From a virus (lineage: Duplodnaviria; Caudoviricetes): a DNA stretch of 56,756 nucleotides. The translations under genes were made by a program, and so were the position numbers. A model generated the notes under the pieces. It was not told the DNA's origin and ran no database searches. It saw only the letters and a list, made by a program, of their open reading frames with translations. Of the stretch, positions 17,547 through 26,540 are shown piece after piece. The DNA is taken from positions 1 through 56,756 of IMG/VR virus record IMGVR_UViG_3300044730_000684, one strand, 5' to 3'. The stretch's first letter is position 1, and each line of letters begins with the position of its first letter.

Positions 17547-18545
17547 ATGCCCAAATACACAGACGATTCCGAGTTTATAGATGCTTGGAAACGGTTTAAG
17601 AAAGCGAGCTTAATTGCCAGACACTTCAAGATGAATGTCAGATCCGTCTACGACAGGCGACGGATAGTAGAGCAAAAGTACGGTATTTCTCTTGTAAGCG
17701 GTCAAAAAAGCACGCCTTCCAGTAGCATCAAAAACCAGATTGGCGACAGGCTTAACGAGCTGGCCAAGACTCGACAAGAAAAGTATGAATTAGAAATGTC
17801 CGACACGCTAAAGGATGGCGTGTTGATGATTGCTTCGGACTGCCATTATTGGCCCGGTATTGTCACCGCTGCCCACAAAGCCTTCTGCAAGTTAGCCAAG
17901 CAGCTTAGTCCAAAAATGGTGATTCTGAACGGGGACATCTTGGACGGCGCTCGCATTAGCCGTCATGCGCGGATCATGTGGGAAAAGCAACCGCTGATGA
18001 AAGACGAAATCGCTGCCGTTCAAGACCGATGCGCAGAGATTGAGCGGGCTGCGGGTAAGGCTAAGTTGATCCGCACCATCGGTAACCACGATGCCCGGTT
18101 TGAGAACTACCTCTCTAGCCGCGTGGGCGAACTGGAAGAGATGACGGGCATGACCTTGCTTGACTATCTGCCCCGCTGGCGTGCTGGGTGGGCGATACAT
18201 CTCAACAGAGAAACTGAGGGCTGGCTTACCATCCGGCATCGACCCGTATCCGGTGGGATACACGCTTCCTACAACAGCACCTTACGAGCGGGCGTGTCCT
18301 ACGTTCACGGACATCTTCACAAGCTTCAGGTTACGCCTTGGGCGGACTATCGCGGTCGAAGATACGGCGTAGACACAGGGACGCTTGCGGAGCCATACGG
18401 GCCGCAGTTCAACTACTGTGAGGCTGGCCCCGTCAACTGGGCGTCTGGATTTGCCGTTGTGACGTTTGTGGGCGGTAAGATGCTTCAGCCTGAATTGTGC
18501 GTCGTCGAACATGGCAAGGCTTGGTTCCGAGGGGAAGAAGTATGA
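17547..18545 (+). CDS. Calcineurin-like metallophosphoesterase with N-terminal HTH-like region
   Basis: SDCH, GDILD, GNHD and HGHLH motifs. Confidence 0.88.
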   Translation: MPKYTDDSEFIDAWKRFKKASLIARHFKMNVRSVYDRRRIVEQKYGISLVSGQKSTPSSSIKNQIGDRLNELAKTRQEKYELEMSDTLKDGVLMIASDCHYWPGIVTAAHKAFCKLAKQLSPKMVILNGDILDGARISRHARIMWEKQPLMKDEIAAVQDRCAEIERAAGKAKLIRTIGNHDARFENYLSSRVGELEEMTGMTLLDYLPRWRAGWAIHLNRETEGWLTIRHRPVSGGIHASYNSTLRAGVSYVHGHLHKLQVTPWADYRGRRYGVDTGTLAEPYGPQFNYCEAGPVNWASGFAVVTFVGGKMLQPELCVVEHGKAWFRGEEV

Positions 18546-18736
18546 CGCGCTGTGCGCAATGCCGTCACTTTATCAAGACTTATGACGATGAGGGGTGGTG
18601 TTCTCACCCCAAGCATTCAGGGTTTGTAGCGTTGCAATTCAACGAAGAGCGTTGCCAAGGGCATGGTTTTGTTAAGGAAAGCGAACCCCGCTTATCTCCA
18701 CCCGCTGAGCCTGTAAAGAGTCTACATACGCCGTAA
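18542..18736 (+). CDS. Small Cys-rich hypothetical protein
   Basis: ATGA overlap with the phosphoesterase stop; CAQCRHF...C...C pattern. Confidence 0.5.
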   Translation: MTRCAQCRHFIKTYDDEGWCSHPKHSGFVALQFNEERCQGHGFVKESEPRLSPPAEPVKSLHTP

Positions 18737-19016
18737 TGATGGCTTCGATGAACTGATCAAACTGGTCAGGCTTAAAGTCCATAAAGTTAGAAACGCCACA
18801 AGCTTCGATGAAATGCCCCGCCGCTGCTGAGGCATCGTTAATGGCGATCTGTTCGTTTGGTGTCTTGTCGATCATATAGCTATCCATGCACCGTATTGAA
18901 CAAAAGCGTGCCGGAGGTCGGCTCACTCCCGGCGGAGCTGAGTACAGAAACCCGCGCTCCTCCCGTCTGCATATCTTGCATAAATTTGACTTCAACAATT
19001 TCTGTGTACTTCCCAT
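18672..19016 (-). CDS. DUF6511-like protein (start uncertain)
   Basis: CxxCRR..RGF...FCS.RC..MID.TPNE..A pattern, typical downstream of this helicase type. Confidence 0.6.
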   Translation of the reverse strand: MGSTQKLLKSNLCKICRREERGFLYSAPPGVSRPPARFCSIRCMDSYMIDKTPNEQIAINDASAAAGHFIEACGVSNFMDFKPDQFDQFIEAIITAYVDSLQAQRVEISGVRFP

Positions 19017-20559
19017 TCTTACGAACCTGAATCTCGACTGGCTTTAATAGCGAATCCGCTTTGGAAATTGCATCTACCGTGTTTGCCGGAAGGATGCCGG
19101 GACCACTCATTCTTCTGCGCCACCACTTGAGCGCCTTTTCCTTGGGATAGCCCTTGTGGTCAAAGCAAACCCACTCTCGGTACACCTCCATCCCGCAGCG
19201 ATACTCCACGCGCATTGAGTCAGGCTTACCGGCCTTCTTGTGTATCCTATAAGCTACGCTGTTGGTTTTTAGCCATACTGCCGGGGAGTCAAAAGTCATC
19301 GCTGGCAGCGTCGTAGCCGTCCGGTCTATCTCGGGTTCCGTAGGGGGCCAAACGTACCCACAGTCGGGGCATTCAGAGCACCCGGCGAATACGATGCTCT
19401 CGCACTTGGGACAGTCTTTAGTCGGCGCTACGCCCTCTCCGTCGCCTTTACGGGGCTTCTTGGGGTTTACCCTATCCACAGGCCCATGTCGGGCGATATT
19501 GCCTGCAAAGTCCAATACGAGGCAGTTATCTTTACCCACGAAGTTACGCATTCCACGGCCCATGATCTGGATGTAAAGGCCGGTCGATTGGGTAGGCCGC
19601 AGCAACGCCAGCATGTCCACGGCAGGAGCGTTAAAGCCCGTTGTCAGCACCCCCATAGACGCAATGGCACGGATCTTGCGAGCCTTGAAGTCGGCCACAA
19701 TCTGATCTCGCTCTGCGATAGGGGTGTCCCCAAAGATGGTCGCGCAGTCAATCCCGTGGCTACGGACTAGCTCAGCGATATGGATGGCATGACTTACGCC
19801 CGAGCAAAAGAGCAGCCATGACTGCCTGTCGGCCCCGTAAGAGACGATCTCTCGCACTACGGACTCATTAACGTCTTTACGGTCTACGGCCCGCTCTAGC
19901 TCTCCGGGGACAAACTCGCCGCCACGGATGCTGACCCCGCTGACGTCAAGACGGGTCTTGGGCTGCTTGGACATCAGCTTGGTCAAGTACCCCTGCTCCA
20001 CCATGTCCCGTAGGTCTGCCTCATACGCCACGGCATCGAATAGCGCGTTCTCTCCCGAATGCAGAAGCCCAGAGTCAAGCCGATATGGTGTTGCAGTCAA
20101 CCCAACCACCCGCACATGCGGGTTCATAATCTTCAAGTTGTTAAGGAACTTTTGGTACATCGTGTTGGTCTTTCGTGGGATCAGATGTGCCTCATCCACG
20201 AGCACAAGGTCTACCTTCGTAAACCGAGAAGCCTTGTTGTAGACCGACTGAATCCCGCAAAACACGATTGACGGGTCATATTCTCGCTTCTTGAGTCCAG
20301 CAGAATTGATACCCGCAGGAGCCTCTGGCCAAAGAGTCTTTAACTCGTCGTAGTTTTGCCGGATCAACTCACGAACGTGCGTAATGACAAGAATCTTGGT
20401 GTCGGACCACTGCGCTAGAATGCGTTTGCAAAAGTCCGCGATCACCACGCTCTTACCTGTTCCGGTAGGAAGCACGATCAGCGGGTTGCCCTCTTCCTCC
20501 TGAAAGTACTTCAGGGTGCTATCAATGGCCTGTTCTTGATATGGCCTTAATTGAATCAT
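18880..20559 (-). CDS. Superfamily 2 DExH helicase (RadD/YejH-like) with zinc finger
   Basis: LRPYQ, PTGTGKS, DEAH, TAT, LTTGFN, QIMGRGMR, CPKC...CPDC. Confidence 0.93.
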   Translation of the reverse strand: MIQLRPYQEQAIDSTLKYFQEEEGNPLIVLPTGTGKSVVIADFCKRILAQWSDTKILVITHVRELIRQNYDELKTLWPEAPAGINSAGLKKREYDPSIVFCGIQSVYNKASRFTKVDLVLVDEAHLIPRKTNTMYQKFLNNLKIMNPHVRVVGLTATPYRLDSGLLHSGENALFDAVAYEADLRDMVEQGYLTKLMSKQPKTRLDVSGVSIRGGEFVPGELERAVDRKDVNESVVREIVSYGADRQSWLLFCSGVSHAIHIAELVRSHGIDCATIFGDTPIAERDQIVADFKARKIRAIASMGVLTTGFNAPAVDMLALLRPTQSTGLYIQIMGRGMRNFVGKDNCLVLDFAGNIARHGPVDRVNPKKPRKGDGEGVAPTKDCPKCESIVFAGCSECPDCGYVWPPTEPEIDRTATTLPAMTFDSPAVWLKTNSVAYRIHKKAGKPDSMRVEYRCGMEVYREWVCFDHKGYPKEKALKWWRRRMSGPGILPANTVDAISKADSLLKPVEIQVRKNGKYTEIVEVKFMQDMQTGGARVSVLSSAGSEPTSGTLLFNTVHG

Positions 20560-20774
20560 GCGTCGAACTCTGCTTTTGGCAAGTTTTTAAGAATCTTTAC
20601 GGCAAGCGTTTTAACAAGCTCAAGTTCAGTTTGTGACTGCGAAATGATGAGCGCGTAGGCGTAGACATCTAAAGCCTTCATCACAAGGTATAGATCGTCG
20701 CCGGTAACAAAAAACTCTGCCTCTACGTCCTCTTCGCTAAAGTCTTCGTCATCTATTTCGTCGCGTCTATCCAT
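20556..20774 (-). CDS. Acidic hypothetical protein
   Basis: Coupled ORF between nuclease and helicase. Confidence 0.6.
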   Translation of the reverse strand: MDRRDEIDDEDFSEEDVEAEFFVTGDDLYLVMKALDVYAYALIISQSQTELELVKTLAVKILKNLPKAEFDA

Positions 20775-21706
20775 ACCGTGCCGTCCTTCATCAGATACTC
20801 GACCCAGTTCGGCCCCGAGTTTATCTGTTCTCCGGGAATGATGTCCGGCACAAAAAGATGGTGATCGCAGCCCTTGAGCTGTGCTTCTGTGTCTAACTCC
20901 TTGTTATGCCATTCGCACTTCCATCCACCTGTCTTGAGCGGACTACTGTGTAAACAAGTGCGACATGACTTTTGTCTTGGAATTTCATCCTCGTGGCATA
21001 GGCTATGGAAAGTGCAGTATTTGCACTCGTGCCACGCAGGGTCTGAAGAAATCTTGCCCGCCGGTCGCGGTGAGAAAATGATGCGTCGTGCTTTCTCAAT
21101 AAACTTCTCGGCATCGCCACTGTTGTATTCAGTGACAACACTCGTAATGTCCCGCACCCCCGGACTCGCTGCCGTCAAGTAATGCTTCTTGGCTTCAAAA
21201 AAGTGCATATAGACCTGAGCCTGTGCGTAATACACATAGTCCCAGTTCTTCAACGCTTCGGCTTCGCCCTTAGTTGCTTTGAGCGATATCAGCTTTTTAT
21301 ACTTCGCCTCGTTGATGACTTTGCATTCCCAAACGTAAAGCGTCTCTGGATCTTGCAATAGCCCAGTAAGCAGTCCGTCGCAGTTGCCGCGAAAATGTCC
21401 GCCAAGTGCCTCAAACGAGTGCTGAACACCGGGTTCCTTTTCCGTGGAAAGGTCAACTGAAGGGATGGCCTTCAGCAGCGCTGCAACTACCTGTTCGCCC
21501 CGGTGTCCATCATTAATCCTGCGCAGCCCTGCGGCTTCAATAAAGCCCCGCTTGACCCAGCGTAAACTAAGCCAGAGCTTGCGATCGCAGACATCCCCAA
21601 TTGAGGATGCGCCTAAATAGTTCCTTGCTCGACTCTCTTGGGACGACTCCATCACAGAGTCCATAGCCCTCAAGGTCGGATCTTCGATCTCCGGTAACTT
21701 GACCAT
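20753..21706 (-). CDS. Cas4-like PD-(D/E)xK exonuclease
   Basis: LGASSIG..C.R.LW, G.CDG, WECK, YAQ.Q.YM, C.YC.F...C Fe-S-type cysteines. Confidence 0.85.
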   Translation of the reverse strand: MVKLPEIEDPTLRAMDSVMESSQESRARNYLGASSIGDVCDRKLWLSLRWVKRGFIEAAGLRRINDGHRGEQVVAALLKAIPSVDLSTEKEPGVQHSFEALGGHFRGNCDGLLTGLLQDPETLYVWECKVINEAKYKKLISLKATKGEAEALKNWDYVYYAQAQVYMHFFEAKKHYLTAASPGVRDITSVVTEYNSGDAEKFIEKARRIIFSPRPAGKISSDPAWHECKYCTFHSLCHEDEIPRQKSCRTCLHSSPLKTGGWKCEWHNKELDTEAQLKGCDHHLFVPDIIPGEQINSGPNWVEYLMKDGTVWIDATK

Positions 21707-21715
21707 GCCCACTCC

Positions 21716-21780
21716 AAAAGAGGGCGCGACATCTAGCAAGTGGGGGATAGCAAATAAATGCTAGCCAAATGCCGCGCCCT
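21716..21780 (-). terminator. Long hairpin (terminator-like) after the DUF669 gene
   Basis: AGGGCGCG 21721-28 pairs with CGCGCCCT 21773-80; CTAGCA 21733-38 pairs with TGCTAG 21759-64; CTTTT follows on the - strand. Confidence 0.6.
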
Positions 21781-21784
21781 TGTT

Positions 21785-22258
21785 TTACTTCTTGTGACGT
21801 TCCCAAGGCTTCGGCGCAGGGGCAGAAGCGGCAGGAGCAGACTCTGCTTTTGGAGCAGCGCCATCGGCCTTCAGGTAAGAAGCACGAGTCTCAAGACTGC
21901 CCTGCTTGTTTTCCTTGTGGGTAATGGCAACTTTCAAAGGCTTAAAGTGAAGCTGATCGGAGTCGGTCGGCAACGTCGCAAAGTTCAGTGCTGCGGAAAT
22001 CGCTGCAAGCTGCTTCTTAGCCACTTTGACGGTGACTTCGTTTTTGTTAAAGAGGTTGAGCCTCTCCCAAAACTTGCGACCAGTGTACTTCGGGCCAAGA
22101 ATTTCAAACTCTAGCCACAAGTATTCACCGTCGCCCGCTTTGGTAGAGCGCATCTCAGATTGCACGATCTGCATCGTGTACTCGCCTACCGGAAGAATCT
22201 CCGGAGCGCCATCGTTCAGACCTTCAAAATCAGCAGGATTTAAATTTAACTTAGCCAT
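21785..22258 (-). CDS. DUF669-like single-stranded DNA-binding protein
   Basis: LP.GEY...I, G.YL.LEFEI..P.Y.GRKFWERLNL, C-terminal PKPW; follows the Sak4-like ATPase. Confidence 0.8.
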   Translation of the reverse strand: MAKLNLNPADFEGLNDGAPEILPVGEYTMQIVQSEMRSTKAGDGEYLWLEFEILGPKYTGRKFWERLNLFNKNEVTVKVAKKQLAAISAALNFATLPTDSDQLHFKPLKVAITHKENKQGSLETRASYLKADGAAPKAESAPAASAPAPKPWERHKK

Positions 22259-22259
22259 G

Positions 22260-23024
22260 TTATTCCCCAATCACGTTTGACATCGCCGTGCTGAGTGCAT
22301 CGGCAAACTTGCTATATTCAAGCGGAAGCGAATCAGGCAGAGGCCATCTTGATTTGGCTTGCCAGCCCGGACGTTCCTGCGTGTAAAGAACACGATTACC
22401 ACTACCCACCGCACGAGTGACTTTTTGGTTAAACCCAACATCGCTCTTGACGGTCGAGTACTGTTGATTCGCAAACATCAGAATGTCGCACCACTCAGCA
22501 ATTAGACTCGCGCTGCCGTGATGCAGATCAAGTTGATAGCGATCGTATGGGTCAGCGAGCGGATCATCGAATCGCTTGACCTGCGTATGCGCGAGCAAAA
22601 TGACTTGCATATTTTTATCGGAACGCAAGTGATCAAGTCCATCCAGAATTTGCCGCCAGTAGTCGGTTGCAGCTTTATAGCCACGACCATATCCAATAGC
22701 GTCAATCGTAGCGACGTTGTTATCGCGAGCGACTTTCTTGTGAACCAACTGCTCTGCCCAGTCAGCAGAGTCGATAACGACCGTTGCGTAGTCGTGATCT
22801 TCAGAGGCCAACGAACCAATTGAGTCCATGATGTCCTCAAAGGACTGGCACTGTGGAAATGCCATGACGTTGATCGCGTCAAGTCCTTCTTCGGTTTGGA
22901 TGAACACAGGGTTCGGGGCTTGTGCGGCAAAGGTTGACTTGCCAATACCGTGAGTCCCATAGACCACGATTCGCGGCGGTCGCGCTACGCCAGTCTTTTT
23001 CAGGCTTTTTAGTGAAATAGCCAT
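22260..23024 (-). CDS. Sak4-like AAA_24 ATPase (single-strand annealing/recombination)
   Basis: YGTHGIGKSTFA Walker A, TVVIDS Walker B, GYGRGY, AKSRW. Confidence 0.88.
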   Translation of the reverse strand: MAISLKSLKKTGVARPPRIVVYGTHGIGKSTFAAQAPNPVFIQTEEGLDAINVMAFPQCQSFEDIMDSIGSLASEDHDYATVVIDSADWAEQLVHKKVARDNNVATIDAIGYGRGYKAATDYWRQILDGLDHLRSDKNMQVILLAHTQVKRFDDPLADPYDRYQLDLHHGSASLIAEWCDILMFANQQYSTVKSDVGFNQKVTRAVGSGNRVLYTQERPGWQAKSRWPLPDSLPLEYSKFADALSTAMSNVIGE

Positions 23025-23025
23025 T

Positions 23026-23400
23026 TCATGCTCCCATGACAATAGTTACGGTTGTTTTTGCAGGCTTGACGGTCAATGCCGGAGCCAAGATCTTGTAAAG
23101 TGCTGGCTCGTTATTAGCCAGATACTTTACGCCGGGTTCATCAAGCGCCCGCTTTACAGGCCAGAGCGATTCAGGAATCTTGTTCGACACTTGGTCAAAC
23201 AATTCCCAGTCGATCTTACGATTGATTCGCCCAGTGATCGTGACCTTGTAGGTTCCGACAGAGTGCGTCTTGCTTCCTTCTTCCCGCTGCCCCAAAACGG
23301 CAACGAGTTCTTCTTCGAGTGCTATCCGACGTTGTTCAGCTTCGCGTTCATCTTGTTTCGCTTTGAACAGGTCTTCAGCAATTTCAATTTCAGTTCGCAT
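23026..23400 (-). CDS. Hypothetical protein of the recombination module
   Basis: ATG at 23400 with AAGGAAC RBS; coiled coil then KVTITGRINRKID. Confidence 0.75.
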   Translation of the reverse strand: MRTEIEIAEDLFKAKQDEREAEQRRIALEEELVAVLGQREEGSKTHSVGTYKVTITGRINRKIDWELFDQVSNKIPESLWPVKRALDEPGVKYLANNEPALYKILAPALTVKPAKTTVTIVMGA

Positions 23401-23440
23401 TTTCAAGTTCCTTGTTTCACCGGACAACCCGGTAAGACAG

Positions 23441-23482
23441 AACATACGCCCCCTTGTGACGGAATGCAAGCAGTGGCAATAT
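23441..23482. promoter_or_regulatory. Overlapping divergent sigma70-type promoters
   Basis: - strand TTGCAT(23469-64)-17-TATGTT(23446-41); + strand TTGTGA(23454-59)-17-CAATAT(23477-82), between divergent genes. Confidence 0.55.
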
Positions 23483-23504
23483 GTCACCGCCCGAGGAGGT
23501 CGGA

Positions 23505-23858
23505 ATGTCTCTTAAAGAGTGGTTGGAACGAAATAACTTGACGCACGCAGAATTCGCTGCTATGTGCGGGTGTACCCGTGCCGCCGTATCCCGGTGGGTG
23601 TCGGGGTCAAGAGCGCCGTCGCCCAAGTGGCTGAAGGTAATTGAGCGCAAAACAAAAGGTCAAGTCGTTGCATCTGGCGATACGTCGTCAGATCGTGAAA
23701 GAGCTTTTCTTCAGATTTATCGAAAAGGCTACACCGTATCGGCTGCTGCAAAGAAGTTACGCATTCATCGCAATACGTTGAGCCGTTACTTTTCTGGGCA
23801 GTCCTACACGCCATCGGACATTGTTTCAAAGATTTATAAATTAGCGGGGTTGGAATGA
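23505..23858 (+). CDS. Cro/XRE-family regulator with two HTH units
   Basis: LTHAEFAAMCGCTRAAVSRWVSG and YTVSAAAKKLRIHRNTLSRYFSG; GAGGAGG RBS. Confidence 0.85.
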   Translation: MSLKEWLERNNLTHAEFAAMCGCTRAAVSRWVSGSRAPSPKWLKVIERKTKGQVVASGDTSSDRERAFLQIYRKGYTVSAAAKKLRIHRNTLSRYFSGQSYTPSDIVSKIYKLAGLE

Positions 23859-24232
23859 TTGACATCGTGATTCACGGCAAGCCGGTGGGCAAGGCTCGAC
23901 CGCGTTTTGGCCGAAGAAAAGATGGTGGTGTAATGACATACACGCCGCGTGAAACAAAGAACTACGAGCAGTCTGTGGCTGCGCTAGCTCAATGCGCCAT
24001 GATGGGAAAGTCCATGATGCAGGGGCCATTGCGTGTCACGATTAGTGCGTACTTTCAGCACAAGACAAAAACGGGATATCACATATCGCGTCCAGATCTC
24101 GACAACATCGTCAAAGCAATCCTAGATGGTTTAAACGGAGTTGTGTTTGAAGATGACGCAGCAGTCGCTTCAATCGTGGCAACGAAGCAATACGGTGAAG
24201 AGCGAGTAGAGGTCACAGTCGAAAATGTCTGA
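23855..24232 (+). CDS. rusA: RusA-like Holliday junction resolvase
   Basis: GKARPR, YTP..T..YE, PDLDNIVKAILDGLNG..F.DD. Confidence 0.92.
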   Translation: MIDIVIHGKPVGKARPRFGRRKDGGVMTYTPRETKNYEQSVAALAQCAMMGKSMMQGPLRVTISAYFQHKTKTGYHISRPDLDNIVKAILDGLNGVVFEDDAAVASIVATKQYGEERVEVTVENV

Positions 24233-26462
24233 CTCTTACGTCGATCAATACGCCTCAAAGCTGGTAGACGGCGGCTATCGCATCATTCCTATCATGCCGG
24301 GAACCAAGCGTCCCGGTCGTTTCGATGGGGAGAAGTGGGGTGATTTGGCTCGCTGGACAGAAATCAACGCCCATCAAGTCCATGTCGATCTATGGTCAAA
24401 GTGGCCGGGGTGCGGCCTTGGTATTCTGACCGGAGAGGTCGTTGCCGTTGACATCGACATTCTGGATGAATCCATCGCCATCGCAATTGGTGAGGTCTTC
24501 CAGAATAAACTGGGACGCACTGATCTGATTCGCGTCGGCAAGTCGCCCAAGGCGCTCTATCTCTATCGAACTTTAGAGCCGTTTACCAAGATTTCCTTGC
24601 ACCCCATAGAGGTCTTGGGACAGGGCCAGCAATTTGTAGCCTATGCTACGCATCCCGAAACGGGCAGACCCTACAGCTGGCCTCTGGACGCTCCGCATCA
24701 AGTCCCGGTTCAAGCGTTGCCACTTGTTACCCGAGAGCAAGTCCTAGAGGCTGCGGAGGAAGCGTATAAGACTTTGCCGCCGTCCATGCGACGTACCCGT
24801 CTCGTCACTACGGTTATTCCAGACAAGGATGCCAAGACCTCTTACGACGGTTTGGTAGGCACTCTGGCTGCGGTTGAGGACGCGCTGAAGTTCATCCCGA
24901 ATCCAGACCTGTCGTGGGACGATTGGAACCGCATCGGTATGGCTATCTACTGCGCTACCGAAGCCAAGGGACTGCACATTTTCGACCAGTGGTCACGCTC
25001 ATCCGGTAAGTACAGCAGCTCAGAAACCACTCAAAGGTGGGATCATTACAGCAAATCCCCGCCGTCGAAGATTGGTGCAGGGACGCTTTATTATCACGCG
25101 CAACGTAATGGTTGGTTACCGCCGCCCCATCTGGATCTGAACCCGATCAAAGCGGTCAAGGTAGATCTGACGGGGTTGAAAGAGCCTAAGCGATTACCCA
25201 AAAGCTCAAAGGAAAACTTTCCGCAAGACTGGTTCACAAGTCCCTCTTTGGTAGGGCGAGTGGTCCGTTGGGTCAACTCTACAGCGCAGCAACCTCAACC
25301 AACCTTTGCGTTGATGAACACGCTCTGCATGTTTGGCGCGATCTTTGGGCGGCGATATGCCATGGCTCATCTCAACACGCGCTGCAATCTGTTCTCTATC
25401 GCCGTCGCCAAGCCGGGTGCGGGTAAGGATCATTCTCGTCAGCGCATTAAAGAACTCATGGCTGCGGCAGGACTGCATCAACTCATCTGCGGCGACCGCT
25501 TCAGCTCGGGCGTGGCGATTCTTCGGACGCTGCATGACTTTCCCTCACGCATCTCGCACCTTGACGAAATGGGCCTGTACCTTCAGAGCTTGATCGCCAA
25601 AAACGCCGCGAGTCATCAGCGCGACATCATTAAAACCTTGCTTGAGGTCTACTCTAGCAGCAGCGGTATGTATCACGGGCAGGAGTACGCCGATGCCGTG
25701 AACAGGGTACGACTCGACATTAATCAGCCTAACTTTAACTTCTTCGGCACTACAACGCCGCGCACATTGATCCCGGCACTTAACTTCGACATGGTGGACA
25801 ACGGCACTCTGAGTCGAATCCTGTTGATACCCCCGTTTGAGGATTACCCCGAGACGCAGATTCCTCAGCTTACTTCGCCGCCAGAAGACATTGTGAAAGA
25901 CATTATGGACTCTTACAACGTCGTCCCGGCAGGGCTTGGCAACTTAACCAACATGCCATCGCTCCCAAGCTCTCCCGTCGTCACCATGACAGTTCATTGG
26001 GAAGAAGCCGCGTTTGAGGAATACAAGCTGGTCAAGGATTGGCAGATTAAGCAGTCTCGAAACGAGGATGCGCTCTGGGTGCGCTACAGCGAAATTACGG
26101 TCAAGATTGCCATGATCGAAGCCATTGCTCGTGATCCGGTTTCTCCCACCGTGACCTTTGAAGTCTTCAAGATGGCTAATGATCTTGCCCGTTGGTCGTT
26201 TAACTACACCGCAGACCTGCTAGTCCGAGAGGTAGCGGAAAACGAAATTGAAGCCTCGCATAAGAAAGTGCTGAACTTTATTCAAAAGCAGGGCGAATCT
26301 GGTGCAAGCAGTACGCAACTCGCTAAGTCTATGCAAGGCATGAAAGCCCGTGATCGAAATGAGATTCTTCAGACCCTGTTGGAATCTGGCGACATCTTGG
26401 AAGAGGTCATCAAGAAGGACGGTCCCGGTCGTGACCGCAGAGTCTATCGGGCAAGGAAGTAA
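24225..26462 (+). CDS. Primase-polymerase with PriCT-2-like and DUF3987-like helicase domains
   Basis: IPI.PGTKRP, AVDID, GQQFVAY..HP.TG.PY.W; WDDW.RIGMA...FDQWS..SGKY; GAGKD, DEMG, FGTTTP. Confidence 0.88.
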   Translation: MSDSYVDQYASKLVDGGYRIIPIMPGTKRPGRFDGEKWGDLARWTEINAHQVHVDLWSKWPGCGLGILTGEVVAVDIDILDESIAIAIGEVFQNKLGRTDLIRVGKSPKALYLYRTLEPFTKISLHPIEVLGQGQQFVAYATHPETGRPYSWPLDAPHQVPVQALPLVTREQVLEAAEEAYKTLPPSMRRTRLVTTVIPDKDAKTSYDGLVGTLAAVEDALKFIPNPDLSWDDWNRIGMAIYCATEAKGLHIFDQWSRSSGKYSSSETTQRWDHYSKSPPSKIGAGTLYYHAQRNGWLPPPHLDLNPIKAVKVDLTGLKEPKRLPKSSKENFPQDWFTSPSLVGRVVRWVNSTAQQPQPTFALMNTLCMFGAIFGRRYAMAHLNTRCNLFSIAVAKPGAGKDHSRQRIKELMAAAGLHQLICGDRFSSGVAILRTLHDFPSRISHLDEMGLYLQSLIAKNAASHQRDIIKTLLEVYSSSSGMYHGQEYADAVNRVRLDINQPNFNFFGTTTPRTLIPALNFDMVDNGTLSRILLIPPFEDYPETQIPQLTSPPEDIVKDIMDSYNVVPAGLGNLTNMPSLPSSPVVTMTVHWEEAAFEEYKLVKDWQIKQSRNEDALWVRYSEITVKIAMIEAIARDPVSPTVTFEVFKMANDLARWSFNYTADLLVREVAENEIEASHKKVLNFIQKQGESGASSTQLAKSMQGMKARDRNEILQTLLESGDILEEVIKKDGPGRDRRVYRARK

Positions 26463-26498
26463 AAAAATCCCCGGAGGAACTTGCGCTCAACTCCGGGG
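26461..26498 (-). terminator. Intrinsic terminator between convergent units
   Basis: CCCCGGAG 26469-76 pairs with CTCCGGGG 26491-98; T7 tail on the - strand. Confidence 0.75.
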
Positions 26499-26540
26499 TA
26501 ACATTCTCATAGGAGAATAACGAGATAGCACGCCCCGAGG

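Noticed and set aside
18880-19016. Helicase C-terminus overlapping the DUF6511-like gene as a frameshift system
   Set aside because: The helicase tail after YTEIVEVKF looks like non-conserved run-on; no slippery site identified
20753-21706. Cas4-like gene as evidence of a CRISPR system
   Set aside because: No array or other cas genes; it sits in a standard Sak4/SSB/helicase recombination module
21758-22114. 118-aa + strand ORF with an apparent RBS
   Set aside because: Antisense to the well-supported DUF669-like gene with no protein-like features; its RBS-like word is better read as the hairpin loop
23441-23858. Lysogeny switch
   Set aside because: Only one HTH gene; no CI-type peptidase domain, integrase or partition genes recognised
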